From positions 1-64,000 of the IMG/VR virus record IMGVR_UViG_3300042868_008205: a stretch of DNA of 64,000 nucleotides. One strand, given 5' to 3'. Each line of letters opens with the position of its first letter. The first letter of the stretch is position 1. Under the pieces are notes generated by a model. It was not told the origin of the DNA. It did not search any database and saw only the letters and a program-made list of their open reading frames with translations. Of this stretch, positions 17,755 to 28,864 are shown one piece after another. This stretch comes from an uncultured virus (IMG/VR IMGVR_UViG_3300042868_008205). Lineage: Duplodnaviria; Heunggongvirae; Uroviricota; Caudoviricetes. Made by a program: the position numbers and the translations under genes.

Positions 17755-20700
17755 TTATTGAGTATTTTGTTTTGAATTTATCTAACGCACTTTCACCTTT
17801 CATAATACCAAAATAAAATTGGAATGGAGCTCCAACAATAAATTTAGCAGATTTTGTACCTGTTGCACTATACTTACCTGTTACAGGGTCAACACTAAAG
17901 ATATACCCTCTTTTATTTAAATCATCTTTATCGGGACTTGTACTTAAGTTTTCACTTATAAAATAACTTGGTGTTGCTCCAGGTATTTCAGTTCTATCCA
18001 ATGACTGGTATTTTTTACCCTGAACAATATCCGCTTCCTCTGTTGCCCAACTATTATATTGACTACCAAATATTGTATTATTAGTAACACCAGTATTTAA
18101 CCCCCATTGATAGAACGGCACAACTTGTGATTTAATACCATATGGATACGGGTAGTATCCAACATCATTATTACCTCTAAAATTAATTCTTCCTGGTGTT
18201 AAAAAATCTTTAGTTTGTAAATTTTGTGTTGTTGATGAGAACCACACAGCCATAACAGGGTTATCTGCGGTACCTAAAATACTTGTTGGGGGTGATGAGT
18301 CATAATATTCGGGTGAGAAATTAATATTCCCAATTTCACTATTAATTGACAATAACTGAGCAAAATCACCATCGACTCTTCTAAGAGCAAAATCACTTTT
18401 ACGTCCAGGTCTTGAGAATAATTGGTTAACTGAGTTATCACCTACCGATAAAATCTGTGCAAGAAAACTTTCATCCGTTATTCTTGATATTACAAATAGG
18501 TTTACAAGGTCTGAAGTATCTCCATAACTTGTAGAATCAATGTCAGGGATAATATATGCTCTTGTTGAGGGGTCAAATGAAAGTTCCGAATAAAAACTAT
18601 CTTTATATCCTAAATTTGCAATTGTGGTGGGGAACATTAAATTAACCTTGTTAACTGATGTTGGTTCATTTGTTCTTCTACCAACAAATTTACTATCAGA
18701 CATACGATATGGACTACTTCTGTAATAAAAATTAGTTGTCTTATCATCAAAATAGGATAAGTGATTGCAGAATATTGGTGTTTTTGGTTTGTTTTGTTTA
18801 TCATAAAAAGTGTCAACCTGTAATGGAAACATATATAGGGAACCATTAACCCAATTATTTGTAAATGTTTGAGATAATACTCCTCTACATAAAGCATAAA
18901 AGAATCTAAATCTATAACTCCATTCTAAAAAGTTTTTTAAGTCCTTACCTAAATCTAATAGTGGTTTGTTCACAAACACATAACAACCTAATTCAATGTT
19001 ATCGGAATCCGAACATCCAGGTTTAATCCCAAAATCTTTTCCAAACCCAGTGTAACATTTTAATCCAACCATTTTTTCACAACTAAAACTTTCTAACACA
19101 GTTTCTGCGTTTGGTAAACCCTCAAGTTCTGCGGTAACAATAGAAGCCCCTGTACTGGCACCGTTAACCGATACATTAGTACCATCCTCACTTAATAGAT
19201 AAGTTTGAAATCCAAGATTTTGTTGTAGTAACGGTTGAGAAGCGGAACCGTCTTGGAAATAATCTGATGATGGTAATCTATCAGTCCTCATAACATTAAG
19301 AGTTTTAGTACTAATAGTCATACCCGTTTTAGTTGGTAATGAGGGCGTGTAAGAATAATCAGTTGGGAAAATATCAGAATAGTAGCTTGAACTTCCGTCC
19401 CTATTTTTTGGTGCAAGGTCAAAATTAATATAAACACCGTTCCCTGATAAATCTTCAGATGAGTCATAGTAAGCATTTCCCGTTCCTTGAGCCGCTTGGT
19501 TAGCTCCTTGTGATACTAAACATTTAACCCCGCCAAGAGTAGTTGTAGTAAAATATGTTGAGCTAGGAAGATTACCATCCAAAACACCATAATACCTAAC
19601 AGCGTTGGTTGAAAATGCGGAAAATTGTAATCCAGGAATTTGAGAATTATTAATACCCGCCTCAAAAAAGTGAGATGGTGTGAATATAGCACTTTGACCT
19701 GATTGGAAGTTTTGTACAGATATACCACCAGATGGTACAATTTGAATTGGTGTATTAATCCTTGTTGATGCCGTAAAAGTAACATCACTATTAGTTGTAA
19801 ATCCAAATAACGCTCCAACGCCGTATTCATTATTATATAATGGTGAATATGGGTCTACACCTCTTTGTAATATTGTTACATATTGATTGTCAAAATTTTC
19901 AAAACAATTTTTATAAGGCACTGAGTTTGATAACGTTTTGGTAACAGATAATAATGTTTCTTTATAATTTAAAGTAACCAAAATATTACCATCTAATATA
20001 CTTGGGAATGTCTCAGTGCCTGGACTTGGATTAGTAAGATTAAAATATTCTGTTATGGTAAGTGCCGTTAATACTTGGAAATACTCGATATCTAAAGGAT
20101 ATTTATACCTTTGGCATGTTGGGCCAAGATTGGTTACAGTATACACTGCGGTTCCTCCTGTGGTTGATATGTCAATACAATCATTATCAACTATTGTATG
20201 TGAACCTGTAGTAATATATGTTAATGTTTTTGTTTCACCAAAACAAGTATTGTAAGTTGTCGTACCAGTACTTATAATATTTATGGTTAAACTAGCAACA
20301 CATTGAGATTCTCCATCTCCAACTGAACCACCATTTAACCTATATGATTGTGTTAGTTGAGTATGTTGTCCATTAGATATTGATGTACTAGCGCCGCTCA
20401 CTGTAATTGTACCTCCTGTTGGTAACAGTGCTTTTCCTTGTATCCCCCTAACCACTCCTGCAAATTTAGTTTCACCTGTCCATAGATAATTAACATCCTG
20501 ACTAAGTGTAGGACTAACAAATGTTAATAATTGACCTGCCTCATATTTTTCACTATAAACAACTGTTAAGGTATTATCTGTATGTTTTTTACCAATATTA
20601 GAAGAGTAATCAAAAGTAACATCAATCTGATTAACCCCATCAAAATATTTTTTACGAGTGTTAAATACGTTAATTCTTTCACTTAAAGTTAACCCTGAAG

Positions 20701-22876
20701 TATAAGCCCATATGCGTCTAAAAGAACCATCTGCACTATATATCTTAGATTTTGTAGATTTAAAAGTACTCCTATTATTTATTGGATTATTTCTACTTCC
20801 TACCGCCTCACTAACTGCGGTTGTTGCAACAGTTTTACTATCTCTATTCTCTTCTTCTTTATCTGCACCTGTTTTATTAAAGTCACCACCAAAATTAAAA
20901 GTATCAAATAATTTTTGAGAATACTTACCACTATCACTAAATTGAGTTATTGTAGAACTTGCTGGTGATGAAATACCATCTTCAACCGTCTCTTCAGGTG
21001 TACATTCACAAGCTTGACAATCAGGATAAGTCATCATAGATAATTTAAATCTTCCAAATTTTTGTTTCACTATTTTCTTAAAATTAAGAATTAATAATGT
21101 TGCTCCAGTCCCGTATAATAAAGTTTGTGCAATAAAACCCGCAATCATACCTGCGGTCGCACCAAAAACTGCGGTACCTGCAATCGCACCTGCTGTTAAA
21201 TATCCATAATTAACTGCGTTATATGTAAAATTTAAAATTAAATATGCTAAAATTAATACCGCAAAATTATTCCATAAAAACACAAGAAAATGATATGCTA
21301 TTAACAATATTGGTCCAACTATTGACAGTATTTGAAATACAATTGAAAATAAAAAGAAGATAAAATCAAAATTTCTAAATCCTTCGTTTACAGGAAATTT
21401 ATTAATTGTTGAATCACAATCTTGACTGTCAATTTCTTTAATACCTACAAATCTACCTCTAGCACCTTTTTTATATTCATCAATTAATAATGATGGAGTA
21501 TATACTTTATTAAAATCAAACTGATAAAAAGTATCATCACAGTTAATTACTTCATTTAATCTATTATAATATTCATTTCCAGATGTTTTACTAAATCCGT
21601 CTGTATATCCACTCCAAGCCAATCCAAAATAATACGAACTTGATAATTGGTTCTTAGCGGTTGCATTCCCTTTCAATGGGTCATCTGAAGAATTTGCCCA
21701 ACCATATTCTTTAACATTTGGTAATAGATAATAAGGTCGTCTTGTTTGCTGAGTTAAGGTTGCAGGTTGTTGCCATTTAACCTTAAATCTATACTTGGAC
21801 TTAGTTGGGATACCAATAGTTGGGTCATAAGAAATTACTCTGTCACCAAATTCATTTGTTATATAATAATCCAAATTCATTGGTAGTTCGGTTAACCATG
21901 TACCTGAACCATCAATAATATTACCCGACTGTTCTAATTGATATTGTTCTAACACTGGATTACCTTCATCATCTTGGTAGATTGTTTGTCGTATTGCTAA
22001 TATTTGCCCAGGTCCTGTTGTTAATTGACATAGGTTACCCATATTATCACGAGGTTTACAACCCCTCCTTACTCTAAAGGAATCTTCAGTTGAATATATT
22101 GAACCCATGAAAGTTGCCGTAGGTTGTATATCAACATTTGCACTATCTCTTAAATCAAAATCAACACGATTGATGGCAATATCACATAATTCAGGGTCAC
22201 CCCAAAGCGGAGAAACTTCTAAATTCTTAACAACATTAATAATCTGTGGTAACGAATTCAAATCATTAGAACTTCTAAATCTATTTCCTGCAACTTGAGT
22301 TTCTGTTGCAAGTCCCATTCTAATTAAATCTTGTGGAGTTAATGAAAACTCACCAATATCTGATAAGTCAACATCCATAACTAAAGTGTGGTCACCTTGT
22401 GGTACCCCCATTATCATATAGTCACCACTATCGTTTGTCTTTACAGTAAACTTATAGTATTTGTCGTATATTTCTACTGCGGTCGCTCCTGTTAGATTGT
22501 CTAATCTTGTTGGTAATGTGCCTGTTGCCGCGTGAGCTGAATATGATTGTTCGTAAGGAAGTAAATTATATCTAAACCCATCTTCATTTTTATCATTTGG
22601 TGATTTGTATGGATAGATACTTGAAATTATTGGGTTTGATTCATCAATAGAACTTATTGGTATGAAGATTGAAACTCTTGCATTTGGTAATCCAAATCCG
22701 TTGTTTGCTGTAACTCTTCCTACAACCACACCATACTGTGCACAACTTTTAATATACACATCCTCTTGTTGAATCTTTAATGATAAAATCTCTAAAAATT
22801 CATACTCTTGGTCTAGTTGGATATTAATGGTTTTATTAATACCTAATTCTGTTCTTATTCTATACGATTGACCCAT
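17747..22876 (-). CDS. Large baseplate-region protein with N-terminal carboxypeptidase-regulatory-like domain and an internal hydrophobic segment
   Basis: 1709 aa; GVVVGRVTANNGFGLPNARVSIF near the N-terminus; ~95-aa hydrophobic stretch near aa 500-600; TATTTATA upstream. Confidence 0.6.
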   Translation of the reverse strand: MGQSYRIRTELGINKTINIQLDQEYEFLEILSLKIQQEDVYIKSCAQYGVVVGRVTANNGFGLPNARVSIFIPISSIDESNPIISSIYPYKSPNDKNEDGFRYNLLPYEQSYSAHAATGTLPTRLDNLTGATAVEIYDKYYKFTVKTNDSGDYMIMGVPQGDHTLVMDVDLSDIGEFSLTPQDLIRMGLATETQVAGNRFRSSNDLNSLPQIINVVKNLEVSPLWGDPELCDIAINRVDFDLRDSANVDIQPTATFMGSIYSTEDSFRVRRGCKPRDNMGNLCQLTTGPGQILAIRQTIYQDDEGNPVLEQYQLEQSGNIIDGSGTWLTELPMNLDYYITNEFGDRVISYDPTIGIPTKSKYRFKVKWQQPATLTQQTRRPYYLLPNVKEYGWANSSDDPLKGNATAKNQLSSSYYFGLAWSGYTDGFSKTSGNEYYNRLNEVINCDDTFYQFDFNKVYTPSLLIDEYKKGARGRFVGIKEIDSQDCDSTINKFPVNEGFRNFDFIFFLFSIVFQILSIVGPILLIAYHFLVFLWNNFAVLILAYLILNFTYNAVNYGYLTAGAIAGTAVFGATAGMIAGFIAQTLLYGTGATLLILNFKKIVKQKFGRFKLSMMTYPDCQACECTPEETVEDGISSPASSTITQFSDSGKYSQKLFDTFNFGGDFNKTGADKEEENRDSKTVATTAVSEAVGSRNNPINNRSTFKSTKSKIYSADGSFRRIWAYTSGLTLSERINVFNTRKKYFDGVNQIDVTFDYSSNIGKKHTDNTLTVVYSEKYEAGQLLTFVSPTLSQDVNYLWTGETKFAGVVRGIQGKALLPTGGTITVSGASTSISNGQHTQLTQSYRLNGGSVGDGESQCVASLTINIISTGTTTYNTCFGETKTLTYITTGSHTIVDNDCIDISTTGGTAVYTVTNLGPTCQRYKYPLDIEYFQVLTALTITEYFNLTNPSPGTETFPSILDGNILVTLNYKETLLSVTKTLSNSVPYKNCFENFDNQYVTILQRGVDPYSPLYNNEYGVGALFGFTTNSDVTFTASTRINTPIQIVPSGGISVQNFQSGQSAIFTPSHFFEAGINNSQIPGLQFSAFSTNAVRYYGVLDGNLPSSTYFTTTTLGGVKCLVSQGANQAAQGTGNAYYDSSEDLSGNGVYINFDLAPKNRDGSSSYYSDIFPTDYSYTPSLPTKTGMTISTKTLNVMRTDRLPSSDYFQDGSASQPLLQQNLGFQTYLLSEDGTNVSVNGASTGASIVTAELEGLPNAETVLESFSCEKMVGLKCYTGFGKDFGIKPGCSDSDNIELGCYVFVNKPLLDLGKDLKNFLEWSYRFRFFYALCRGVLSQTFTNNWVNGSLYMFPLQVDTFYDKQNKPKTPIFCNHLSYFDDKTTNFYYRSSPYRMSDSKFVGRRTNEPTSVNKVNLMFPTTIANLGYKDSFYSELSFDPSTRAYIIPDIDSTSYGDTSDLVNLFVISRITDESFLAQILSVGDNSVNQLFSRPGRKSDFALRRVDGDFAQLLSINSEIGNINFSPEYYDSSPPTSILGTADNPVMAVWFSSTTQNLQTKDFLTPGRINFRGNNDVGYYPYPYGIKSQVVPFYQWGLNTGVTNNTIFGSQYNSWATEEADIVQGKKYQSLDRTEIPGATPSYFISENLSTSPDKDDLNKRGYIFSVDPVTGKYSATGTKSAKFIVGAPFQFYFGIMKGESALDKFKTKYSISE

Positions 22877-22967
22877 CAGTTTCCTTTAGTTTATAAATAG
22901 TTTATGTGGAATTTTTAAAGTATCCACACCATTAAATAATAACCTAAAGAAAAATAAAATAAACTTG

Positions 22968-24806
22968 TTATGAAAAAGTAATAGATTGGAAATTCTTAAC
23001 CGAAACTCTGATATCCTTATTTGGGTATCTAATCTGATAAACTTGCGATGGTTGAGCAAAGATGGTATCATCAACAGGTCCAATTAATTTTGTTTCAGGG
23101 TTTGAATATGTCATCGATGTTTCTGCAGACGAATATTGTCCACCAACTTCATTAAACGTATCAATATTAGACACCGTTAACACACCATTTGTATTTTGTA
23201 TTAAACTTCTAATTTCAGATAGATAAACATTTTGTCCTAATTGTCTTGTTTGAGGATTCAAGTATGCAGATACTTTATCAACAACACTTGAGATTACTTG
23301 TCCTGAATTCTGAGCAGAATCTAATACAATTGAAATGTCCATACTTAAGTCAATAACTTCAGCACTGAAGATTGAAATATAATCATTCATCATTCTATAG
23401 TTAGACAAATAATTTGCAATGTTCTGTTTTAACGTGTTTGAAACTATGTTAGTTAATTTACCTGAAGTATCATAAGATAATATTTGAATTAGAATTTTGT
23501 TGTCATTTTCAGTGATTGAAACTTTAGCAGGTGCTCCAAACTGAGCTGGCATGTTTCTAATTAATGATTCATAATCCTGAACAGTAACCGCTCTTTTTTG
23601 TGCTGCAAAGTTGAATGAAACATAGTTTCTAATTTCTTCTAAGGAAGGAATACCCGCACCACCAACCGCAGCGGTTACGTTAACACATCTTAATGAATTA
23701 ACAACCGCAGAGTTTGTTGTCTCTGATGGTCCATTAACAAAGAATGAAACAGTACCAAGGGAATTAATTACATTTGTTCCTAAGTTTGTTGCCAAACCAC
23801 CACCAACTCTATATTGGATAAAGAGTGTTGAGTTTGGAGTTAATGTTGAACCTAATGAAAGGTTATTTGAATATTTTTGTAAATCTAATGTAGTACCTAA
23901 AGTTGTGAATTGATTTAATTGGTCTTGAGCGGTATTTGTACCTCCACCGAATGTCATCTTCTTAAATCCTTCAGGTGTATATTCAGTTATAAATCTAGTT
24001 TGTGTTTGAATGTATTTACCAACTTTAATACCAGGTTGGTCCGAAACTTTAGTTGGGTCTTCAATAAAAACTCTGTCCTCTGCCAATGCATCAACCTCAT
24101 ACCATTTATTGTCTAACCCTAAAAATTCAGAAACTGATGGAGTGTTTGTATAATTCGTACCATTCTTTAATAAGACACTTGTAATACCTAAAACATTTTT
24201 TTCAGGTAAAAATAACTCAAAGAAAGGTTTAACATCGTTAGCATTAATTACTTTTTTGAAAACTTTGGTAATACCATTAACAACAAGTTCTCGTTTTGTA
24301 ATAGTATAATTAATTAATATGTTATTCGCATTAAAATTTGGAATCTTTAGTCTATTTGGGAATCCTTGAGAATTGTATGGTGAGGCAAAATCAATGTCAT
24401 ATACATTCTCAAATACGATACCAGCTCCGACAACTTGTGAACCTCTCGATAAGGTACCAAGATATCTTTCATCTTCTTTATCACCAAACGCAGGAACTGT
24501 AATTGAAAAATCAACTAAAGATACTGATGGTCTTTGACCTGGTAACTTTAATCCATAAGTTCTGGCTATATTATATATTGATGACCTTTGTTGTGCATAT
24601 TGTAATACAGTTTCCTGAATACTTCTATCAATATTGTAGTGTAGATTATCCGCAACCGCAGCATTTAAATCAAGGAATACCGAGAATACTGAAGCATCAT
24701 TAAAATCTTGAATTAACTCAGGATAATAAGTTTTGGCGTAGTTTAAGAGTTCAGTTCTTATTGACTGATAATCTCTGGTTGTATATGATATTCTATTATT
24801 TGCCAT
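22968..24806 (-). CDS. Baseplate wedge subunit (T4 gp6 / baseplate J-like)
   Basis: RDYQSIRTELLNY...DFNDAS; YRVGGG; AVGGAG...EEIR...QKRAVTVQDYE. Confidence 0.88.
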   Translation of the reverse strand: MANNRISYTTRDYQSIRTELLNYAKTYYPELIQDFNDASVFSVFLDLNAAVADNLHYNIDRSIQETVLQYAQQRSSIYNIARTYGLKLPGQRPSVSLVDFSITVPAFGDKEDERYLGTLSRGSQVVGAGIVFENVYDIDFASPYNSQGFPNRLKIPNFNANNILINYTITKRELVVNGITKVFKKVINANDVKPFFELFLPEKNVLGITSVLLKNGTNYTNTPSVSEFLGLDNKWYEVDALAEDRVFIEDPTKVSDQPGIKVGKYIQTQTRFITEYTPEGFKKMTFGGGTNTAQDQLNQFTTLGTTLDLQKYSNNLSLGSTLTPNSTLFIQYRVGGGLATNLGTNVINSLGTVSFFVNGPSETTNSAVVNSLRCVNVTAAVGGAGIPSLEEIRNYVSFNFAAQKRAVTVQDYESLIRNMPAQFGAPAKVSITENDNKILIQILSYDTSGKLTNIVSNTLKQNIANYLSNYRMMNDYISIFSAEVIDLSMDISIVLDSAQNSGQVISSVVDKVSAYLNPQTRQLGQNVYLSEIRSLIQNTNGVLTVSNIDTFNEVGGQYSSAETSMTYSNPETKLIGPVDDTIFAQPSQVYQIRYPNKDIRVSVKNFQSITFS

Positions 24807-24811
24807 TTATA

Positions 24812-25282
24812 TTAAATATTAATAATTATAAAATCACTTTGACCAAAGGTTGAACCATTGGTTGAGTAATCTAATCTTATTTTTGCTGTGTATTCGGAGG
24901 TTCCTTTACCAGGAAATCTATAAATTGAAGATTGGTTTGTTCCCGCAGTATTTTGTCCTGTTGCTATATCCGCCTCTTCTTGTGGGTCTGCAGGAGTTAT
25001 ACTCAAACTATTAACTAACAAGTTTGGCATAAAGTTCTCAATAGCATCTCTAATGTCAGATTCAATTGCATTAAAAGTTAATCCGTCAAAAGGTTCAAAA
25101 AGGAATTCGTATAATCTTGTACCAAATTGTGGTAAAAAATATCTCGAACCTTTTCTTGTTAATAACAAATGAATTAAATCCGCTTTAATTTCTTGAGCTT
25201 GAAATTCTGTTAATTCTAAGTAATCCCCTCTTCTTGAATCTCTGAAGGGAAAATTAATACCGTATGTAGTTCCATTAGCCAT
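24812..25282 (-). CDS. Baseplate wedge subunit (T4 gp25 / GPW-like)
   Basis: IKADLIHLLLTRKGSRYFLPQFGTRLYEFLFEP motif; start moved to the ATG at 25282 (MANGTTYG). Confidence 0.9.
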   Translation of the reverse strand: MANGTTYGINFPFRDSRRGDYLELTEFQAQEIKADLIHLLLTRKGSRYFLPQFGTRLYEFLFEPFDGLTFNAIESDIRDAIENFMPNLLVNSLSITPADPQEEADIATGQNTAGTNQSSIYRFPGKGTSEYTAKIRLDYSTNGSTFGQSDFIIINI

Positions 25283-25496
25283 TACCAATAAATATAGTAG
25301 TATTTCCTTTTATGTGAACTGGAGTATATGGACAATTTTTACATCCATTCCCGCAACAACTACCTCTCTTAATATGGTATGACTCAGTCATAACTACTTT
25401 ACCATCTTCAAAATAAAAATCAGTTGGTTCATGATTACTTGCCATAATTTTTTTAACACGTTCTTGGTTAATCCAATCTTCAGTATTTTTTATCAT
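25275..25496 (-). CDS. Small Cys-rich protein (DUF5522-like)
   Basis: YHIKRGSCCGNGCKNCPY motif. Confidence 0.75.
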   Translation of the reverse strand: MIKNTEDWINQERVKKIMASNHEPTDFYFEDGKVVMTESYHIKRGSCCGNGCKNCPYTPVHIKGNTTIFIGNG

Positions 25497-25516
25497 AGTA
25501 TTATATAAATAAAAAA

Positions 25517-25541
25517 GGAATATGTGTTTTTTACATATTCC
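25517..25541 (-). terminator. Rho-independent terminator after the RNR gene
   Basis: 9-bp stem GGAATATGT/ACATATTCC followed by T6 on the minus strand. Confidence 0.8.
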
Positions 25542-25566
25542 CTTAATTATTAAGATTTATTTTTAA

Positions 25567-27426
25567 TTATTTGATTTCGCACGCTCCACCTGAACAAGCC
25601 AACTCACCACTTAAATCAGTTTCGTCAGTTAGTTCAACAACTTTTGACAAATCAATTGAGTGAAGTTTTGAGAATAATCTTTCAAATTCTTCTTTAGTAC
25701 AATCGGTAAAAGGTGCTTGAACGTAACTTCCGTTATCATATGGAAGTACAGATAGTCCATTATAAAAATCTCTGTTATCCCAAAACCACTCGCCAGCTAA
25801 ATCCCAATCTTCAGGTTTTAAACTAATTGTTGCAGATACGTTATGACTATTTGAACCACTTCTGTGTCCAGGTTTAACCCATTCTTGTGTAATTTTTTTA
25901 ACACGCTCTAATAATTGGAATGGACTTTCAGTTCTTAAAATTGCCCCCTCAGGTGCTTTTTGTGGTACCGAAATAACCGCTGTATCGTGTGGACGGAAAA
26001 ATTCATCCTCAACTAATTCAGGGTGATTGTTTAATAAATAACTGTAAATTGATTCGTTTTTACCTACACGGATTCTACGGATGTAATAATCGTTGTGCCA
26101 AGCGTGAATACCTGATGAAGTTCCTAAAGTTAATGAGGTTGTTCCTGCAGGTTTTACAGTTGTTGTACGAGCCGATTTATTAATACCAATTATCTCAGCA
26201 ACTCTTGAATTTTCTTCTTTAACAACTTTCGCAGCTTCTTTCATATCATAACCCAAGACAACACCTGAACCAATACCTGTCATAGATACACCGATTAAAG
26301 CGTCTTTCTCAGTTGTTCTTTTCCAAATATCACGAAGGTAATGGAAGTTAGTATAACCCGCCTGTAATGTTCCGATGAACGCTGCCGCTTTAACACGAGC
26401 GTTTAAATCTTCTTGTGAATCAATGTCAGAAACATTTACCTCACATAAGTTACAGAATTGATTTGGTCTTAATGCGATTTCACAACAAGGGTTTGTTCCC
26501 CAATCTTTATCGTTAGTGAAATAGATACCAGGTTCACCTGCTCCTGAAGCCTCAACACGTTTCCATAAATCCATAAAGAAATCTTTAGTGATTTTATGTC
26601 TAACCAATGCCGCTGAGTTGTTTGCTCTACCTCTTTGTGGATTTTGTTCCCACCATGCTCCTGACTTACAAGAAATCATCTCTTGGTCATCTGCACTGAA
26701 TAATGAAATAAGTGCCGCTCTACGAATACCACCTGCTAACACCGCATCTGCAATATGACAAACCATATCGTGAACTTCAATCGGGGTTAATTTATCATCA
26801 TCCTCTTTTGAATCCAACATAGTGGTTAACTTATAGATACAATCTTTCAATGGTTGAGGACCTGGTGCTTTACCACCTGAAGTTACAAGTTGAGCTCCTT
26901 TTGGTCTAATGTCTGAATAATCAAACACAATTGTTGATGACGCTTTACCGAAGTAAGATTTCATTAATACTTTAATTGCGTCTGCCCATCCTTCAATAGA
27001 GTCACCGATTAAAAATCTTGTGGTATATTTTGGATTTGGTTTTCTAATTTCAGGTAATTTTTCTACGTGATGTTTTTGAACTGAATAACCAACACCTGTT
27101 CCTCCTAATAGTAAGAACATTGACTCAGAGAATGCATCCAAGTGGTCGATAGGTAGATAAGCACAATTGTAGATTCTGTTTGGAGAAATTTCAATTGGTT
27201 TACCACCAAATTGCATTGACCTCATTGAGGGTAATACTTTTTTATCATATACCATTTTGTATACTTCTGTAATCTCATCTTTCAATGATGGGTATTTTTT
27301 AATATGCATGTTCATATTACGGGTTACCAATTCTTCCCACGTTTCGCGTCTGTTTAATTCTGGTACGAACTTAGCGTACTTCATATAAACTGTTAAATCT
27401 GACAATATCTGTTGTGATGCGTCCAT
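25567..27426 (-). CDS. nrdJ: Class II (adenosylcobalamin-dependent) ribonucleotide reductase, monomeric type
   Basis: YNCAY, GTGVGYSV, GGIRRAALI, TNPCCEI, TTVKPAGT, C-terminal CSGGACE. Confidence 0.92.
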   Translation of the reverse strand: MDASQQILSDLTVYMKYAKFVPELNRRETWEELVTRNMNMHIKKYPSLKDEITEVYKMVYDKKVLPSMRSMQFGGKPIEISPNRIYNCAYLPIDHLDAFSESMFLLLGGTGVGYSVQKHHVEKLPEIRKPNPKYTTRFLIGDSIEGWADAIKVLMKSYFGKASSTIVFDYSDIRPKGAQLVTSGGKAPGPQPLKDCIYKLTTMLDSKEDDDKLTPIEVHDMVCHIADAVLAGGIRRAALISLFSADDQEMISCKSGAWWEQNPQRGRANNSAALVRHKITKDFFMDLWKRVEASGAGEPGIYFTNDKDWGTNPCCEIALRPNQFCNLCEVNVSDIDSQEDLNARVKAAAFIGTLQAGYTNFHYLRDIWKRTTEKDALIGVSMTGIGSGVVLGYDMKEAAKVVKEENSRVAEIIGINKSARTTTVKPAGTTSLTLGTSSGIHAWHNDYYIRRIRVGKNESIYSYLLNNHPELVEDEFFRPHDTAVISVPQKAPEGAILRTESPFQLLERVKKITQEWVKPGHRSGSNSHNVSATISLKPEDWDLAGEWFWDNRDFYNGLSVLPYDNGSYVQAPFTDCTKEEFERLFSKLHSIDLSKVVELTDETDLSGELACSGGACEIK

Positions 27427-27453
27427 AATTTTTTCTTCTTTGTTTATTTAATT

Positions 27454-28836
27454 TTATATTGTTGTTTTATTATCTTCTCTTTGTTTTCTCTTCTCTAATA
27501 GTTCTTTAACCCTATCTCTTTTTCTCTCTTCTTGTTGTTCTTCAAATCCTAAGAATGTTACAGATGACTCTGTGTCTATCTCAAGTAATTCGTTGTTAAA
27601 CTTACAATTTTCAAATACCACACCATCTTTACCGATACGTGATTTTGTGATTGCTATTGTTGCCAAGTTCATTTCTTTCTGTTGTAATGTCTTAGCCACT
27701 GTAATGATAACGTGTCCTACTTGTGCCTTTTTAATTGAACCTCCCATTTGGTCTGTGGTTACAACCTCAGAAGAGATTGATGACCTGTTACCTTGTGTTG
27801 CTGTCCAACCAACTAATGATAGTTCGTGACACATCGCCTCAAAACCTCTCATCACCGAACCCTCAGCCTTCCACTCATCCTTACTTGAACTTTCAGGAAC
27901 CACACAATCTATGTAATCCAAAAGAACCAAGTCAATTTTAGTACCATCAGCAATCATTTTTCTAATTTGATTTTTGATTTGACTCATAGTTACAGTATCT
28001 GATGGAAGTTTCTTAAGAATTAATTCATTCTTCATTGTTTCCTTAATCTCAGTAATTTTGCCCATCACCGCTTCTTTGTTTTGAACCAAGTTATCTGGTT
28101 CAATACCAGTCCAAAGTGTGAAGTGTTTACGTTGTATAATCTTTGGATTGTCCTCAAAAAAGATTTGAAGAACATTGTATCCAAGATTAAATGCCGTGTT
28201 TGCTATCTTAGTTAAGATTGTTGTTTTACCAACTCCAGTGGGTGCTAAGATAACACCAATTTCTCCCTTTGCCAAACCACCTTTTAATAATCTGTCAATT
28301 CCTGCGATTCCAATTGGAATTGGGTGTCTAAAGTCCTCATCAAGAACTGTATCTAAGTTGGAGAATATGTCTGTTGTTCCTGTATCTCTCTCCCCAACTT
28401 GTAATGCTTCTCGAACAAGTCCTTCAACCTTATCGTAAGATTCGAAATCCCCTTCAGTTATAATCTTTTGTGCTTTATCCATAGCCTTTTGAAGTTCTTG
28501 TTGTTTACAGAACTTCAAAGCCTTTTCCTGAACGAACTGAGTTCCTTCAAATGGTGCGTCTTTAATTTGTTTAATGGTGTCAAGAACGATTTTAGCAACC
28601 AATTCTTGTGAGATTTCAGACTTTACAATCTGTTCAAGGGTGTCAAAGTTAGGTGTAGATTGATACTTCGAGTGATACTCCTTTGTCATCTGTAAGATGA
28701 TTTTAAAATACTTATTGTCAAAATAAACACTCTCAATAACATCCATAATTGATGTTGAAAATTCTTTGTCGACAATAAGTTGGTTTAAAAGTTGTATCTG
28801 AAATGTGTTCCCTAAGTAATCAAAATTTTTATTCAT
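27454..28836 (-). CDS. dnaB: Replicative DNA helicase (DnaB / T4 gp41-like)
   Basis: Walker A APTGVGKT, LLDYIDC, WTATQGNR, KSRIG. Confidence 0.92.
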   Translation of the reverse strand: MNKNFDYLGNTFQIQLLNQLIVDKEFSTSIMDVIESVYFDNKYFKIILQMTKEYHSKYQSTPNFDTLEQIVKSEISQELVAKIVLDTIKQIKDAPFEGTQFVQEKALKFCKQQELQKAMDKAQKIITEGDFESYDKVEGLVREALQVGERDTGTTDIFSNLDTVLDEDFRHPIPIGIAGIDRLLKGGLAKGEIGVILAPTGVGKTTILTKIANTAFNLGYNVLQIFFEDNPKIIQRKHFTLWTGIEPDNLVQNKEAVMGKITEIKETMKNELILKKLPSDTVTMSQIKNQIRKMIADGTKIDLVLLDYIDCVVPESSSKDEWKAEGSVMRGFEAMCHELSLVGWTATQGNRSSISSEVVTTDQMGGSIKKAQVGHVIITVAKTLQQKEMNLATIAITKSRIGKDGVVFENCKFNNELLEIDTESSVTFLGFEEQQEERKRDRVKELLEKRKQREDNKTTI

Positions 28837-28864
28837 AAATCGTTTTTGTAGTCCCTTGTTTTAT

